Assembly (NCBI GenBank): GCA_030697685.1
Contig: JAUYPF010000048.1
Coordinates: 1 to 58,702 of the forward strand
From: a bacterium
GTDB taxonomy: Archaea; Nanobdellota; Nanobdellia; SCGC-AAA011-G17; GW2011-AR17
Direction: 5' to 3'
Length of the DNA stretch: 58,702 bases
The notes under the pieces are model-generated. The model had not been told where the DNA came from. It was given only the letters and a program-made list of their open reading frames with translations, and made no database searches. Of the stretch, positions 19,053 through 28,937 are shown one piece after another (position 1 is the stretch's first letter; each line of letters starts with the position of its first letter). The position numbers and the translations under genes were made by a program.

Positions 19053-19778
19053 ATGGGAAAGCGACTTATCACACAACGTCGAGGAAGAGGAACAACTACA
19101 TATAGAGCTCCAAGTCATAGATACTATGGAAAGATTAAATATAGAATTTATGATGAAGCTGAAAAAAACTCTGTGATATATGGAACTATTCAAGATCTAA
19201 TTGATTGCCCAGGACATATGGCTCCTTTGGCAAAAGTAAAATATGATACAAAAGAAGAAGTGCTCATCTCTGCGCCTTTGAATGTAAAAGTTGGAGATAT
19301 TGTTGCTTCTGGAGCAAGTGCTCCTGTACAAACAGGGAATGTTCTTCCTTTGAAAAACATACCTGAAGGAACTGCAATTTATAATCTTGAATGCAGACCT
19401 GGAGATGGAGGAAAACTTGTACGAACTGCTGGAGTCTTTGCTAGGGTTATTGCAAAGAATGGCAATCAAATTGTTGTTAAACTACCTTCCAAAAAACAAA
19501 AGACATTCGTTGGAGAATGCCGAGCAACTATTGGAGTTATTGCTGGAGATGGAAGAACAGAAAAACCATTCTTGAAAGCAGGAAAGAGAATGCATGCTAT
19601 GAGAGCAAGAAATAAACTCTATCCACAAACTTCAGGAGTTGCTATGAACGCTGTAGACCATCCATTCGGATCTGGAAGAGGAAGACATGCTGGAAAGCCT
19701 AAGACTCCTCCTCGTTGGGCACCTGCTGGAAGAAATGTTGGATTAATTAGAGCAAGAAGAACTGGGAGAAAACGATAA
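19053..19778 (+). CDS. rpl2: 50S ribosomal protein uL2
   Basis: QRRGRG, PGDGGKLVR, GVAMNAVDHPFG. Confidence 0.97.
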   Translation: MGKRLITQRRGRGTTTYRAPSHRYYGKIKYRIYDEAEKNSVIYGTIQDLIDCPGHMAPLAKVKYDTKEEVLISAPLNVKVGDIVASGASAPVQTGNVLPLKNIPEGTAIYNLECRPGDGGKLVRTAGVFARVIAKNGNQIVVKLPSKKQKTFVGECRATIGVIAGDGRTEKPFLKAGKRMHAMRARNKLYPQTSGVAMNAVDHPFGSGRGRHAGKPKTPPRWAPAGRNVGLIRARRTGRKR

Positions 19779-20176
19779 TGGGACGTAAAGAATTTACTTA
19801 TCGAGGAAAAACATTAGAAGAACTTAAAGCATTAGATGTTAAAGAGTTTGCAAAGCTCACTCCTGCTCGACAAAGAAGAAGCCTTGAAAGAGGATTTACT
19901 GAAATGGAAAAACGATTACTCTTAAAAATCAAAAAAGTCAAAGAAGGAAAATATAAAAAACCAATTAAAACTCACTGTCGAGATATGATTATCGTCCCAG
20001 AAATGCTTGGTCTTATGATTCATGTGCATACCGGAAAAGGATATACACAAATTGAAATATTTCCTGATATGCTTGGGCATTATTTAGGAGAGTTTACACT
20101 TACAAGAAACAGAGTTTCACACTCTGCACCTGGAATTGGTGCAACGAAGTCTAGCTCTGCTGCATCAGTGAAATAA
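19778..20176 (+). CDS. rps19: 30S ribosomal protein uS19
   Basis: YRGKTLEEL, KTHCRDM, GHYLGEF..T. Confidence 0.97.
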   Translation: MGRKEFTYRGKTLEELKALDVKEFAKLTPARQRRSLERGFTEMEKRLLLKIKKVKEGKYKKPIKTHCRDMIIVPEMLGLMIHVHTGKGYTQIEIFPDMLGHYLGEFTLTRNRVSHSAPGIGATKSSSAASVK

Positions 20177-20178
20177 AA

Positions 20179-20658
20179 ATGGAAGATAAACAACACATTG
20201 CATCTGCAAAAGGAGAAAACTTGAATATTTCAAGGAAGTTCGCTGTAGAAGTGACTAGTTTTATTAGAGGGAAAACACTTGTTGATGCAAAGAAGAAAAT
20301 GGAGAATGTTATTGCACTAACAGTTGCAGTTCCTTTCAAGCGTTATCATATGGATTTGGGGCACAAGAGAGGACATCTCGGGCCAGGAAGATTTCCTACA
20401 AAAGTAGCAAAAGAAATATTACGATTATTGAACTCAGCTGAAATGAATGCACAAAATAAGGGGCTTGATATTGATAGTTTGTATGTGTCTCGTGCTGTTG
20501 CAAATAAAGGAAACACACAGATGAAAGCAGGAAGACATCGAGGAAGACATGCAAAACGAACACATATTGAAATTGCTCTTGCTGAAAAAGAAAAGAAAAA
20601 AATTGAGAAAAAAGAGGCAAAAAAGCCTGAACAAAAGAAGGAGACAAAGACCAAATGA
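20179..20658 (+). CDS. rpl22: 50S ribosomal protein uL22
   Basis: ISRK, VPFKRY, GRFP.K, NAQNKGLD. Confidence 0.96.
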   Translation: MEDKQHIASAKGENLNISRKFAVEVTSFIRGKTLVDAKKKMENVIALTVAVPFKRYHMDLGHKRGHLGPGRFPTKVAKEILRLLNSAEMNAQNKGLDIDSLYVSRAVANKGNTQMKAGRHRGRHAKRTHIEIALAEKEKKKIEKKEAKKPEQKKETKTK

Positions 20659-21416
20659 TTGAGCGAAAATTTGTTAGTGAAAAAATGAGAGAATTTTTAG
20701 TAAATCAATATCTCTATAAGGAATTAGGACCTGGAAAATATAGCTCCTTTGAAATAAAAAGAACTCCATTAGGAGAAAGAATTATTATTTATACTGCACG
20801 GCCTGGACTTATTGTAGGAAAAGGTGGAGAAAATATTAGGGATCTTACAAAAGTTTTTAAAACAAAATTCAAAATGGAAAATCCACAAATTGAAGTTGCA
20901 GAAATTTCAAATCCTAATCTTGATGCACAAACTATGGCTGAACAAATTGTTACAACTTTAGAAAGATTTGGCCCTAAGAGATTTAAATCTGTAGGATACA
21001 AAACCTTGCAAAGAATTATCGATGCTGGTGCTATGGGGGCAGAAATTGGTATAGGTGGAAGAGGTCTTCCCGGGGCACGAGCAAAGAGTTGGAGATTTTA
21101 TGCAGGATACTTGAAAAAGTCTGGGGATATTTCCATGTCTTTTGTTGCATATGGAATGGCTACTGCAAATTTAAAATCTGGAAGCATTGGGGTTAAAGTA
21201 CGAATTTTACCACCAGGGACTATCCTACCAGATAGATTAACACTTATCGATCAAACAAAAATGACTATTCAAGTTGAAGAAGTTAAAACAACTGAAGCAA
21301 AAGAAGGTTCAGACGATGCTAAAATAGAAGAAGAAAAACCTAAAGCTAAAAAGAAAACTGTGAAGAAAAAAGTAGTAAAAAAAATAAAGGAAGAAAGTAC
21401 TGAAGATGAAAATTAA
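20655..21416 (+). CDS. rps3: 30S ribosomal protein uS3
   Basis: RTPLG, RPGLIVGKGG KH domain, GVKVRI. Confidence 0.97.
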   Translation: MIERKFVSEKMREFLVNQYLYKELGPGKYSSFEIKRTPLGERIIIYTARPGLIVGKGGENIRDLTKVFKTKFKMENPQIEVAEISNPNLDAQTMAEQIVTTLERFGPKRFKSVGYKTLQRIIDAGAMGAEIGIGGRGLPGARAKSWRFYAGYLKKSGDISMSFVAYGMATANLKSGSIGVKVRILPPGTILPDRLTLIDQTKMTIQVEEVKTTEAKEGSDDAKIEEEKPKAKKKTVKKKVVKKIKEESTEDEN

Positions 21417-21627
21417 GAATAAGGATATTCGAAAAATGAGTACACAAGAACAAAATAATAAGTTACTGGAGTTAAAAAAAGACCTCATTAAAATCAATGC
21501 ACAAATTGCAGCAGGAACAGTACCTGAAAATCCAGGGAATGTGAAAAATGTGAAAAAAACTGTTGCACGAATTATAACTATTATGGCTGAAACTAAAATG
21601 GAGGAAAAGAAGAAAACCAATGCGTGA
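21406..21627 (+). CDS. rpl29: 50S ribosomal protein uL29
   Basis: ENPG...KK.VARI.T; operon position. Confidence 0.93.
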   Translation: MKIKNKDIRKMSTQEQNNKLLELKKDLIKINAQIAAGTVPENPGNVKNVKKTVARIITIMAETKMEEKKKTNA

Positions 21628-21952
21628 GATTTGCTCTAAATGTGGCCTTCCTCAAGAACTCTGTGTTTGCGAGTCTATTGCAAAAGAAGAACAGAAGATT
21701 GAGATTCGCCTTGTCAAGCGACGATTTGGAAAACTTATCACAGTTATTTCAGGTATTGATGATAAAACTATTAATATCAAAGAGCTTGCAAAAAAATTAA
21801 AATCAAAACTTGCTTGCGGTGGAACAGCAAAAGACAAAAATATTGAACTTCAGGGAGATCATCTCGAAAAGGCAAAAAAATTTGTCATTGATGAAGGATT
21901 TTCCCCGAGCTCTATCACAGTCACTAATGAGACAGATAATAGAAGAAAATGA
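21620..21952 (+). CDS. Translation initiation factor aIF-1 (SUI1)
   Basis: CGLP.ELCVC, LK.KLACGGT, IELQGDH. Confidence 0.95.
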   Translation: MREICSKCGLPQELCVCESIAKEEQKIEIRLVKRRFGKLITVISGIDDKTINIKELAKKLKSKLACGGTAKDKNIELQGDHLEKAKKFVIDEGFSPSSITVTNETDNRRK

Positions 21953-22209
21953 GATCACCGACAAACATCGCCAGACATGAATTTATTGGTCTTGACGTTG
22001 TGGTGGTTGATGCAAACAACAAAAACTTGATTGGTATTAAAGGTGAAATTGTTGATGAGACAAAAAATACTTTCATTATTCAAACAGAATTTGGCGAGAA
22101 GAAAGTGCTGAAAAAAGGCGCAAGCTTCAAGACAAAAATCAGCAATCAAGAAATTATAATCAAAGGAGATATTTTGGTCGGAAGACCAGAAGACAGAATC
22201 AAAAAATGA
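21949..22209 (+). CDS. rnp1: Ribonuclease P protein component 1 (Rpp29)
   Basis: [20 protein letters not shown]; operon position. Confidence 0.93.
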   Translation: MRSPTNIARHEFIGLDVVVVDANNKNLIGIKGEIVDETKNTFIIQTEFGEKKVLKKGASFKTKISNQEIIIKGDILVGRPEDRIKK

Positions 22210-22541
22210 AAAAACAAGCAAAGAAAAATGTTGGAATGGGATTCGTTTCACCTAGCAAGAGCTGTAGTGATAAACACTGCCCTTTCCATGGTGATACTAA
22301 ATTGCATGGAAGAGTTTTTGAAGGAAAAGTTATCCAGAAAAATCCTCATAAAACTATCAATGTTGAATGGCCACGAATTGCTTATCTTTCAAAATTTGAG
22401 CGATACTCTAAGAAAAGATCACGTGTCAAGGCGCATAATCCTGAATGTATTGAAGCAGAACTTGGCGATATGGTTACTATTGTTGAAACAAGACCAATTA
22501 GTAAAACAAAAAAATTTATTGTTGTGAAGGTGCATAAATGA
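22206..22541 (+). CDS. rps17: 30S ribosomal protein uS17
   Basis: C.D..CPFHG, ETRPISKTK. Confidence 0.96.
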   Translation: MKKQAKKNVGMGFVSPSKSCSDKHCPFHGDTKLHGRVFEGKVIQKNPHKTINVEWPRIAYLSKFERYSKKRSRVKAHNPECIEAELGDMVTIVETRPISKTKKFIVVKVHK

Positions 22542-22939
22542 AAGCAATTAGTGGATATAAAGTACGAGCACTGCCTATTGGTGCTGAAGTTCCTACTTGT
22601 GATAACTCTGGAGCAAAAGTAGTCAAAATCATTAGTGTCAAAGGTCATAAAACTGTTAGAAGAAGACTTGCATCTGCAGGTGTTGGAGATCTTGTCAAAG
22701 CATCTGTTATCAAAGGGAAACCTGAGATTAAAAAACAAGTTGTTTCTGCAATTGTTGTTAGGCAGAAAAAAGAATTTAAGAGACCTAATGGAACTCGTAT
22801 TAAATTTGAAGATAATGCAGTGATTATATTAAAAGATGATAAAGGAAATCCAAAAGGAACAATCTTTAAGGGAGCTATTGCAAAAGAAGCTGCTGAAAGA
22901 TGGCCTGGTATTTCCAAGGTATCAAGTATTGTGGTATAA
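22538..22939 (+). CDS. rpl14: 50S ribosomal protein uL14
   Basis: DNSGAK, FEDNAV, PKGT. Confidence 0.97.
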   Translation: MKAISGYKVRALPIGAEVPTCDNSGAKVVKIISVKGHKTVRRRLASAGVGDLVKASVIKGKPEIKKQVVSAIVVRQKKEFKRPNGTRIKFEDNAVIILKDDKGNPKGTIFKGAIAKEAAERWPGISKVSSIVV

Positions 22940-22942
22940 AAA

Positions 22943-23341
22943 ATGAAAATTGACTGGTCAAAAAATTGGAATGCAAGTAAACGCCCAAGTAAGCAGAGAA
23001 AGTATAGATATAATGCTCCTCTGCATGTGCAGCATACATTTTTAGCAGCACATCTTAGTCCAGAGCTTCGAAAAAAGTATAGCTTACGAAGTTTTACTCT
23101 TCGGAAAGGAGACAAAGTAAAGATTCTTCGAGGGCAACATAAGAAGAAGATTGGAAAGATTAATAAAATCTTGATTAAAAGTCAAAAGATCTATATTGAA
23201 GGTATTGAAAATATGAAAAAAGACGGAAGTAAAACTTTCATTCCTCTTCACCCTTCAAATCTTATGATTATTGAATTAGACTTAGCAGATAAAAAAAGAA
23301 AAGCGAAAATTGAAATGAAAAAAACTCAGGAGAAAAAATAA
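22943..23341 (+). CDS. rpl24: 50S ribosomal protein uL24
   Basis: KQRK..YNAPLH, GDKVKI.RG KOW, HPSNL. Confidence 0.96.
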   Translation: MKIDWSKNWNASKRPSKQRKYRYNAPLHVQHTFLAAHLSPELRKKYSLRSFTLRKGDKVKILRGQHKKKIGKINKILIKSQKIYIEGIENMKKDGSKTFIPLHPSNLMIIELDLADKKRKAKIEMKKTQEKK

Positions 23342-24027
23342 TGGTTAAAAATCATTTATCACGATTGAATGCACCAGTAAGCTGGGGAGTTAAGAGAAAA
23401 GGAATTAAATTTATTACTCGTCCAAACGCAGGAGCACATAGTTTAAGAGAATCTATTCCACTTTCTCTTGTTGTTACTGATCTTTTAAAATTTGCACGAA
23501 TTAGAAAAGAAACAAAGAAAATTCTGAATGAAGGAAAAATATTTGTGAATGGAAAAGTTCGAAAAGATCTTAGTTATGCTGTTGGACTTATGGATTTGAT
23601 TAGTATTCCAAGTTTGAATCAAAATTATAGAGTATTTTATGATATTAAAGGGAAGTTTAAACTTCTTGCTTTAGAAGATGATGAAAAAGATTTGAGGCTT
23701 GTTCAAATTAAAAATAAAACCATTATATCTGGAAAGAAAATTCAATTGAATAACTCTGATGGAACAAATATGATTTTAGATAAAACTGCTGATTACAAAA
23801 CAGGAGACACACTTTTTGTTTCTTTGAAGGATGGAAGTATTAAAGAGCATATACCATTGAAAAAAGGTGCACGAATTTATCTTATTGGCGGAACTAAACG
23901 GGGAGTTGTTGGAACTCTTGAAGATACAAAAGAAAATATTATCGTTGTAAAAACTTCTGAGGGAAGTTTTGAAACTGCAAAGAGATATGCTTTTGTTATT
24001 GGAAAAATTAAAACACTTGAGGCATAA
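23341..24027 (+). CDS. rps4e: 30S ribosomal protein eS4
   Basis: HL.RL.AP, GAH, VGLMD.I. Confidence 0.95.
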   Translation: MVKNHLSRLNAPVSWGVKRKGIKFITRPNAGAHSLRESIPLSLVVTDLLKFARIRKETKKILNEGKIFVNGKVRKDLSYAVGLMDLISIPSLNQNYRVFYDIKGKFKLLALEDDEKDLRLVQIKNKTIISGKKIQLNNSDGTNMILDKTADYKTGDTLFVSLKDGSIKEHIPLKKGARIYLIGGTKRGVVGTLEDTKENIIVVKTSEGSFETAKRYAFVIGKIKTLEA

Positions 24028-24029
24028 TC

Positions 24030-24557
24030 ATGAATGTTATGAAAGAAATCGGAATTGAAAAAGTTACTTTGAATGTTGGTACTGGTAAGCCTGGTTCAGA
24101 ATTAGAAAAAGGAAAAATTCTCCTTCAAAAAATATCTGGGTTAAAACCATCTGAGACATTAACTCAGAAAAGAATTCCAACTTGGGGACTACGACCAAAT
24201 TTGGTTATTGGCGCTAAAGTTACTATTAGAGGAGAAAAAGCAATGGAAGTTTTGAAAACTTTGCTTCAAGCAAAAGATAATATACTCCAAGCAAGATCTT
24301 TTGATATTTATGGAAACTTTTCCTTTGGTATTAAAGAATACCTTGATGTTCCTACATTGAATTATATCCCAGAAGTTGGAATTCGAGGATTTGAAGTGGC
24401 AGTAAGTCTCCAAAGAAAAGGTTTTAGGATTAAAAGAAGATCGCTACAAAAAAGAATTATCCCTAAGAGGCATGCAGTTTCAAAGCAAGATGCTATTACA
24501 TTTGCAAGAAATATTTTGAAAATTACTGTTGTTGAAAAAGAGGAGGCAGAAGAATGA
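24030..24557 (+). CDS. rpl5: 50S ribosomal protein uL5
   Basis: IEKVTLN.G, KVTIRG, GNFSFGI.E. Confidence 0.96.
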   Translation: MNVMKEIGIEKVTLNVGTGKPGSELEKGKILLQKISGLKPSETLTQKRIPTWGLRPNLVIGAKVTIRGEKAMEVLKTLLQAKDNILQARSFDIYGNFSFGIKEYLDVPTLNYIPEVGIRGFEVAVSLQRKGFRIKRRSLQKRIIPKRHAVSKQDAITFARNILKITVVEKEEAEE

Positions 24558-24784
24558 CTGCAGGAAACTACAAGAAGGTATTTAAACAGCTTAAAAATAA
24601 GCCTGTAAAGTTAAAAAAATTCCTTAAACATAATGCTCCAAAACCAAGAAAGTTTGGAATTAATTCAAAACCTTGTAAAATTTGCGGACGATTGGGTGCT
24701 CATATTCAAAAATATGGCCTTGATGTTTGTAGACAATGTTTCAGGGAAAATGCAAGGAAATTAGGATTTAAAAAATACTATTAA
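24554..24784 (+). CDS. rps14: 30S ribosomal protein uS14
   Basis: C..CG...CRQCFRE..GF.K. Confidence 0.95.
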   Translation: MTAGNYKKVFKQLKNKPVKLKKFLKHNAPKPRKFGINSKPCKICGRLGAHIQKYGLDVCRQCFRENARKLGFKKYY

Positions 24785-24785
24785 A

Positions 24786-25178
24786 ATGGCAATGAATGAC
24801 ACTTTGGCAACGGCTTTAAGTAATATACTTAATGCAGAGAAAGTAGGAAAGGCAACTTGTGTAGTGAAACCTGTCTCAAAAATTATAAAGGTAGTACTTG
24901 AAATTATGAAGGATAATCATTACATTGGAGAGTATACTATTACTAATGATGGTAAAGGCGGTTTCATTGAAATCAATCTTATTGGTGGGGTAAATAAGTG
25001 CGGTGCAATTAAACCTAGATTTGCTGTGACATTAAAAGAATATGATAAGTTTGAGAAAAGATTTCTTCCTTCTAAGAATTTTGGAATCATTATCTTATCT
25101 ACCTCAAAAGGGATTATGACACAGGATCAAGCAAAAGAAAAAAATCTCGGAGGCAAATTATTAGCATTTGTTTACTAA
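24786..25178 (+). CDS. rps8: 30S ribosomal protein uS8
   Basis: NKCGAIKPRF, STSKGIMT, GG.LLA.VY. Confidence 0.96.
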   Translation: MAMNDTLATALSNILNAEKVGKATCVVKPVSKIIKVVLEIMKDNHYIGEYTITNDGKGGFIEINLIGGVNKCGAIKPRFAVTLKEYDKFEKRFLPSKNFGIIILSTSKGIMTQDQAKEKNLGGKLLAFVY

Positions 25179-25179
25179 G

Positions 25180-25719
25180 ATGATAGAAGAAAGAAGACTT
25201 AGGAAGGAAATTCAGATCCCAGAAGGAGTTGAAGTTCAAGTAGCTGAAGTTATTACTGTAAAGAAAAATAAATTTGAAGTAAAAAGAAAGCTCTCTTATC
25301 CAACTGTTATTCTTAGTAAAAAGGACAATAAAATTATTATTGAACCGAAAAGATTTACCAAAAGAGAGAAAAAAATTATCAATACATTCAAGTCTCATAT
25401 TTTGAATATGATTAAAGGTGTTGAAGAGCCTTATGAATATAAAGTAAAAATTTGTTCCAGTCACTTTCCCATGTCTGTAAATATTGAAGGGAAAAAACTC
25501 GTTGTCAAAAATTTCCTTGGCGAAAAAGTTCCAAGAAAAGCAGATATTTTGGAAAATGCAGATGTAAAAATTGAAGGCGATGATATTACTATTATTTCCC
25601 CAGATAAAGAAATTGCCGGGCAAACAGCAGCAAACTTTGAACAATGCACAAGAATTACCAATAGGGATCGAAGAATATTCCAAGATGGACTTTGGATTAC
25701 AAAAAAGAGTAGAGACTAA
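25180..25719 (+). CDS. rpl6: 50S ribosomal protein uL6
   Basis: IPEGV, SHFP, NFLGEK.PR, GQTAAN.EQ, RD.R.FQDG. Confidence 0.96.
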   Translation: MIEERRLRKEIQIPEGVEVQVAEVITVKKNKFEVKRKLSYPTVILSKKDNKIIIEPKRFTKREKKIINTFKSHILNMIKGVEEPYEYKVKICSSHFPMSVNIEGKKLVVKNFLGEKVPRKADILENADVKIEGDDITIISPDKEIAGQTAANFEQCTRITNRDRRIFQDGLWITKKSRD

Positions 25720-25721
25720 AA

Positions 25722-26312
25722 ATGGCAGACGCACGATTACTCCAACAAAGAAGAGCAACTAAACTCAAAAAGCCTCGTTTCTTGAGACAGGATGCTACTC
25801 GGAATAAAAGTCTAGAGAAAAAATGGAGAAAAGCTAAAGGTATGCACTCTAAAATGAGACTGCATTTGAAAGGAAGGAGAAGATCACCATCCCCAGGATT
25901 TGCATCACCACGAGCTGTCAAAGGTCTTACAAGACAAGGATTGAAAGAAGTTCATGTTAATAATGCAAAAGATTTAGAAGGATTTGATCTTAAAACACAA
26001 ATTGTTGTTTTTGGAAGAATTGGCTTGCGAAATAAAATGTCACTATTAAAAATATGTGGAGAAAAAAAATATCCTATTGCACAAATCAAAGATATTTCTG
26101 CTTTCATACAAAAAGTAGAAGCAGATTTTGCTACTCGAAAAAATAAAAATAAACATAAAGAGGAACAAAAGAAAAAAATAAAAGAGGAATCTTTGAAAAA
26201 AATAAAAGAAGTAGATAAAAAAGAAGAAAAAACTGCTCCTGCAGAAGCACAAGAAGAAACAAAAAAAGGCGAGAAGAGCGATAAAATAAAAGTCTTGGAG
26301 AAAAAACAATGA
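25722..26312 (+). CDS. rpl32e: 50S ribosomal protein eL32 with Lys/Glu-rich tail
   Basis: P.F.RQD, WRK.KG.HSK.R, PSPGF.SP. Confidence 0.93.
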   Translation: MADARLLQQRRATKLKKPRFLRQDATRNKSLEKKWRKAKGMHSKMRLHLKGRRRSPSPGFASPRAVKGLTRQGLKEVHVNNAKDLEGFDLKTQIVVFGRIGLRNKMSLLKICGEKKYPIAQIKDISAFIQKVEADFATRKNKNKHKEEQKKKIKEESLKKIKEVDKKEEKTAPAEAQEETKKGEKSDKIKVLEKKQ

Positions 26313-26773
26313 GGCTCGGGAATCAAAAAACAATGAGCGGAAAAATGCTTGGTGTTGGAAAAGGCAAAGTTTGGTTTGATAATGAGCACATGACTGAGAT
26401 TAAAGAAGCTATTACTAAAGGAGATATTCGAATACTTATCAGAAAAAGAATTATTCAAAGAAGACCTGAATTAGGGCACTCTCGTGTTCGTGCAAGAAAA
26501 AGATTAACTCAAAGAAGAAAAGGAAGGCAAAAAGGGCCAGGAACTAGAAAAGGAAAGCAAACTTCACGATTGAGCAGAAAAACTGCATGGATGCATCTTG
26601 TCCGTGGTCAAAGAACTTTCCTGAAGGAATTAAAACTAAACGGGTTGGTTAATGTTCCTACTTATAGAAATTTATACTCTAAAATTAAGGGAGGATATTT
26701 CAGAAATAAAAGGCACATCAAACTTTATTTAACTGAGCACAAGCTCTTTCAAGAAAAAACAGCTAAAAAATGA
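26309..26773 (+). CDS. rpl19e: 50S ribosomal protein eL19
   Basis: GVGK.KVW, KGR..GPG.RKG, YR.LY...KGG.F. Confidence 0.95.
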   Translation: MRLGNQKTMSGKMLGVGKGKVWFDNEHMTEIKEAITKGDIRILIRKRIIQRRPELGHSRVRARKRLTQRRKGRQKGPGTRKGKQTSRLSRKTAWMHLVRGQRTFLKELKLNGLVNVPTYRNLYSKIKGGYFRNKRHIKLYLTEHKLFQEKTAKK

Positions 26774-27267
26774 AAACAAAAAAATTTATACCATTCAGAA
26801 GAAAACTTCAAGGAAAAACAAACTATAGAAAGCGTTTAGAATTGCTTAAATCAAATACTTTACGAATAGTTGTTAGAAGATCTTTGAGGAATATTACTGT
26901 ACAAGCAGTTGAGTATCATCCAAGTGGAGATAAAACTATTTTTACCGTGAACAGTAAGGATCTTAAAGAATTTGGTTGGAAAGGCTATGGAAGAAATACA
27001 CCTGCAGGATATCTTGTTGGATATTTATTTGGAATAAAAGCACAAGAAAAGAAAATTCAAAAAGCTATTTTAGATCAAGGATTATACCTCACTCGACAAG
27101 GGACTATTACTTTTAGTGTACTGAAAGGACTTGTTGATTCCGGAATGAAAATTCCTCATAACGCAAAAATCTTTCCTCATGAGGATAGAATCTTAGGAAA
27201 ACATATTTCAGAGGATATAACTAAACAATTTAGTGTTGTTAAGGCGAATATCCAAAAGGTAAAATAA
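26770..27267 (+). CDS. rpl18: 50S ribosomal protein uL18
   Basis: RR...GKTNY..R, NTPA.YL.G, LD.G. Confidence 0.95.
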   Translation: MKTKKFIPFRRKLQGKTNYRKRLELLKSNTLRIVVRRSLRNITVQAVEYHPSGDKTIFTVNSKDLKEFGWKGYGRNTPAGYLVGYLFGIKAQEKKIQKAILDQGLYLTRQGTITFSVLKGLVDSGMKIPHNAKIFPHEDRILGKHISEDITKQFSVVKANIQKVK

Positions 27268-28026
27268 ATGATAAAGAAAAAACGTAACTACAAAGAAGAT
27301 GGCGCAGAAAGTGGTATCTCTAAGGATAGAGGTTTTGATAGAGATAACTGGAAGCCTAAAACAGAATTAGGAAAAAGAGTAAAGAATGGAGAAATAAGTA
27401 ATATTGACCAAATCCTTGATAGTGGACTTCCTATTTTAGAATCACAAATTGTGGATATGCTCCTCCCAGGATTGCAAATAGATCTCCTAGAAGTAGGACA
27501 ATCTAAAGGAAAGTTTGGTGGAGGAAAGAGAAGTATCTGGAGACAAACACAGAAAAAATCTAAAGAAGGAAACAAACCTTCTTTTGCTACTGTTGCTGTA
27601 TGCGGTGATGGAAATGGATATGTTGGAATTGGTTTTGGAAAAGCAAAAGAAACTGTTCCTGCACGAGAAAAAGCAACACGAATGGCAAAATTGAATATTA
27701 TTAAAATTAAAAGAGGCTGCGGTTCATGGGAATGTGGTTGTGGACAAGCGCACTCTATTCCATTCACTGTTGATGGAAAATGCAGCTCAGCATTGTTTAA
27801 ACTTATCCCAGCTCCAAAGGGAACAAGACTTTGTACTGAAAGAGAAGCACAAAAAATTCTTCGTTTTGCTGGAATTAAAGATGTCTATGGAAAAGCACGA
27901 GGACAAACACGAACAAAACTCAATGTTATGTATGCATGCTTTAACGCATTGAAACAACTTAGTAAAGTCAAAACTAAAGAAAGACATATTCAAAAATTGG
28001 GTATTGTTGGAGGAAGGAATGAATAA
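27268..28026 (+). CDS. rps5: 30S ribosomal protein uS5
   Basis: W.PKT.LG, RGCGSWEC, PAPKGT. Confidence 0.96.
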   Translation: MIKKKRNYKEDGAESGISKDRGFDRDNWKPKTELGKRVKNGEISNIDQILDSGLPILESQIVDMLLPGLQIDLLEVGQSKGKFGGGKRSIWRQTQKKSKEGNKPSFATVAVCGDGNGYVGIGFGKAKETVPAREKATRMAKLNIIKIKRGCGSWECGCGQAHSIPFTVDGKCSSALFKLIPAPKGTRLCTEREAQKILRFAGIKDVYGKARGQTRTKLNVMYACFNALKQLSKVKTKERHIQKLGIVGGRNE

Positions 28027-28489
28027 TATTGCAATCATTCGGATTCGAGGAAGAACAGGAGTAAATGGCAAAATAAATGATACTCTTGATATGATGAGAT
28101 TGTATAAACAAAATGGTTGTGTCATTGTTCCAAATAATCCAGTGTATCTTGGAATGATTCATCGTGCGAAAGATTATATTACTTGGGGAGAAATAGATAA
28201 AGAAACTTTTACTCTTCTTTTTACTAAGAGAGCACGAGTTGCAGCTAACAAAGCTCTTACTGATGATTATTTAAAAGAACATTTAAAGATGGATTCCAAA
28301 ACTTTTATTGAAGAATTTTTTGGACAGAAGAAAAAACTTAAAGATATTCCTGGGTTGAAACCTTATTTCCGACTACATCCTCCTAACAAAGGATTTGAAA
28401 GATGTGGAATTAAAAAACCATTTAGTATGGGTGGATCTCTTGGATATAGAAAAGATAAAATTAATGAACTAATTAAAAGGATGATCTAA
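28019..28489 (+). CDS. rpl30: 50S ribosomal protein uL30
   Basis: RIRG, DYITWGE, FRLHPP..G, LGYR. Confidence 0.95.
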   Translation: MNNIAIIRIRGRTGVNGKINDTLDMMRLYKQNGCVIVPNNPVYLGMIHRAKDYITWGEIDKETFTLLFTKRARVAANKALTDDYLKEHLKMDSKTFIEEFFGQKKKLKDIPGLKPYFRLHPPNKGFERCGIKKPFSMGGSLGYRKDKINELIKRMI

Positions 28490-28490
28490 A

Positions 28491-28925
28491 ATGAAACGAA
28501 GTACTCCAAAAAAGAAGAACAAAGGATTCCGAGGCTATAAATCTCATGGTTGGGGCAGTAAGAAAAAGCACAGAGGAAAAGGTTCTCGTGGAGGAAAAGG
28601 AATGGCAGGTACTGGTAAAAGAGCAGATACTAAAAAGCCAACTATCATTAATTTATATGGAAATGATTACTTTGGAAAGAGAGGATTTGTTGTTCCTGAA
28701 GCAAAACCATACACTGCAATAAATATTCGTGATCTTAATGTTCTTGTAACAAAACATTTTATTAAAGGTGAGATTAATCTTAAGGATTATGGATATGGAA
28801 AACTTCTTGCAATGGGAGAACTTCATACAGCTTTGAAAATTACCGTAGAGCGGGCATCTAAGCAGACTATAGAAAAGGTTAAAAATGCTGGTGGTTCTAT
28901 AGTCATAGAAAGCAGCAAAGAATAG
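28491..28925 (+). CDS. rpl15: 50S ribosomal protein uL15
   Basis: HGWG.KK.HRG.G.RGG.G.AG, FGK.GF. Confidence 0.95.
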   Translation: MKRSTPKKKNKGFRGYKSHGWGSKKKHRGKGSRGGKGMAGTGKRADTKKPTIINLYGNDYFGKRGFVVPEAKPYTAINIRDLNVLVTKHFIKGEINLKDYGYGKLLAMGELHTALKITVERASKQTIEKVKNAGGSIVIESSKE

Positions 28926-28937
28926 AGTTATCAAAAA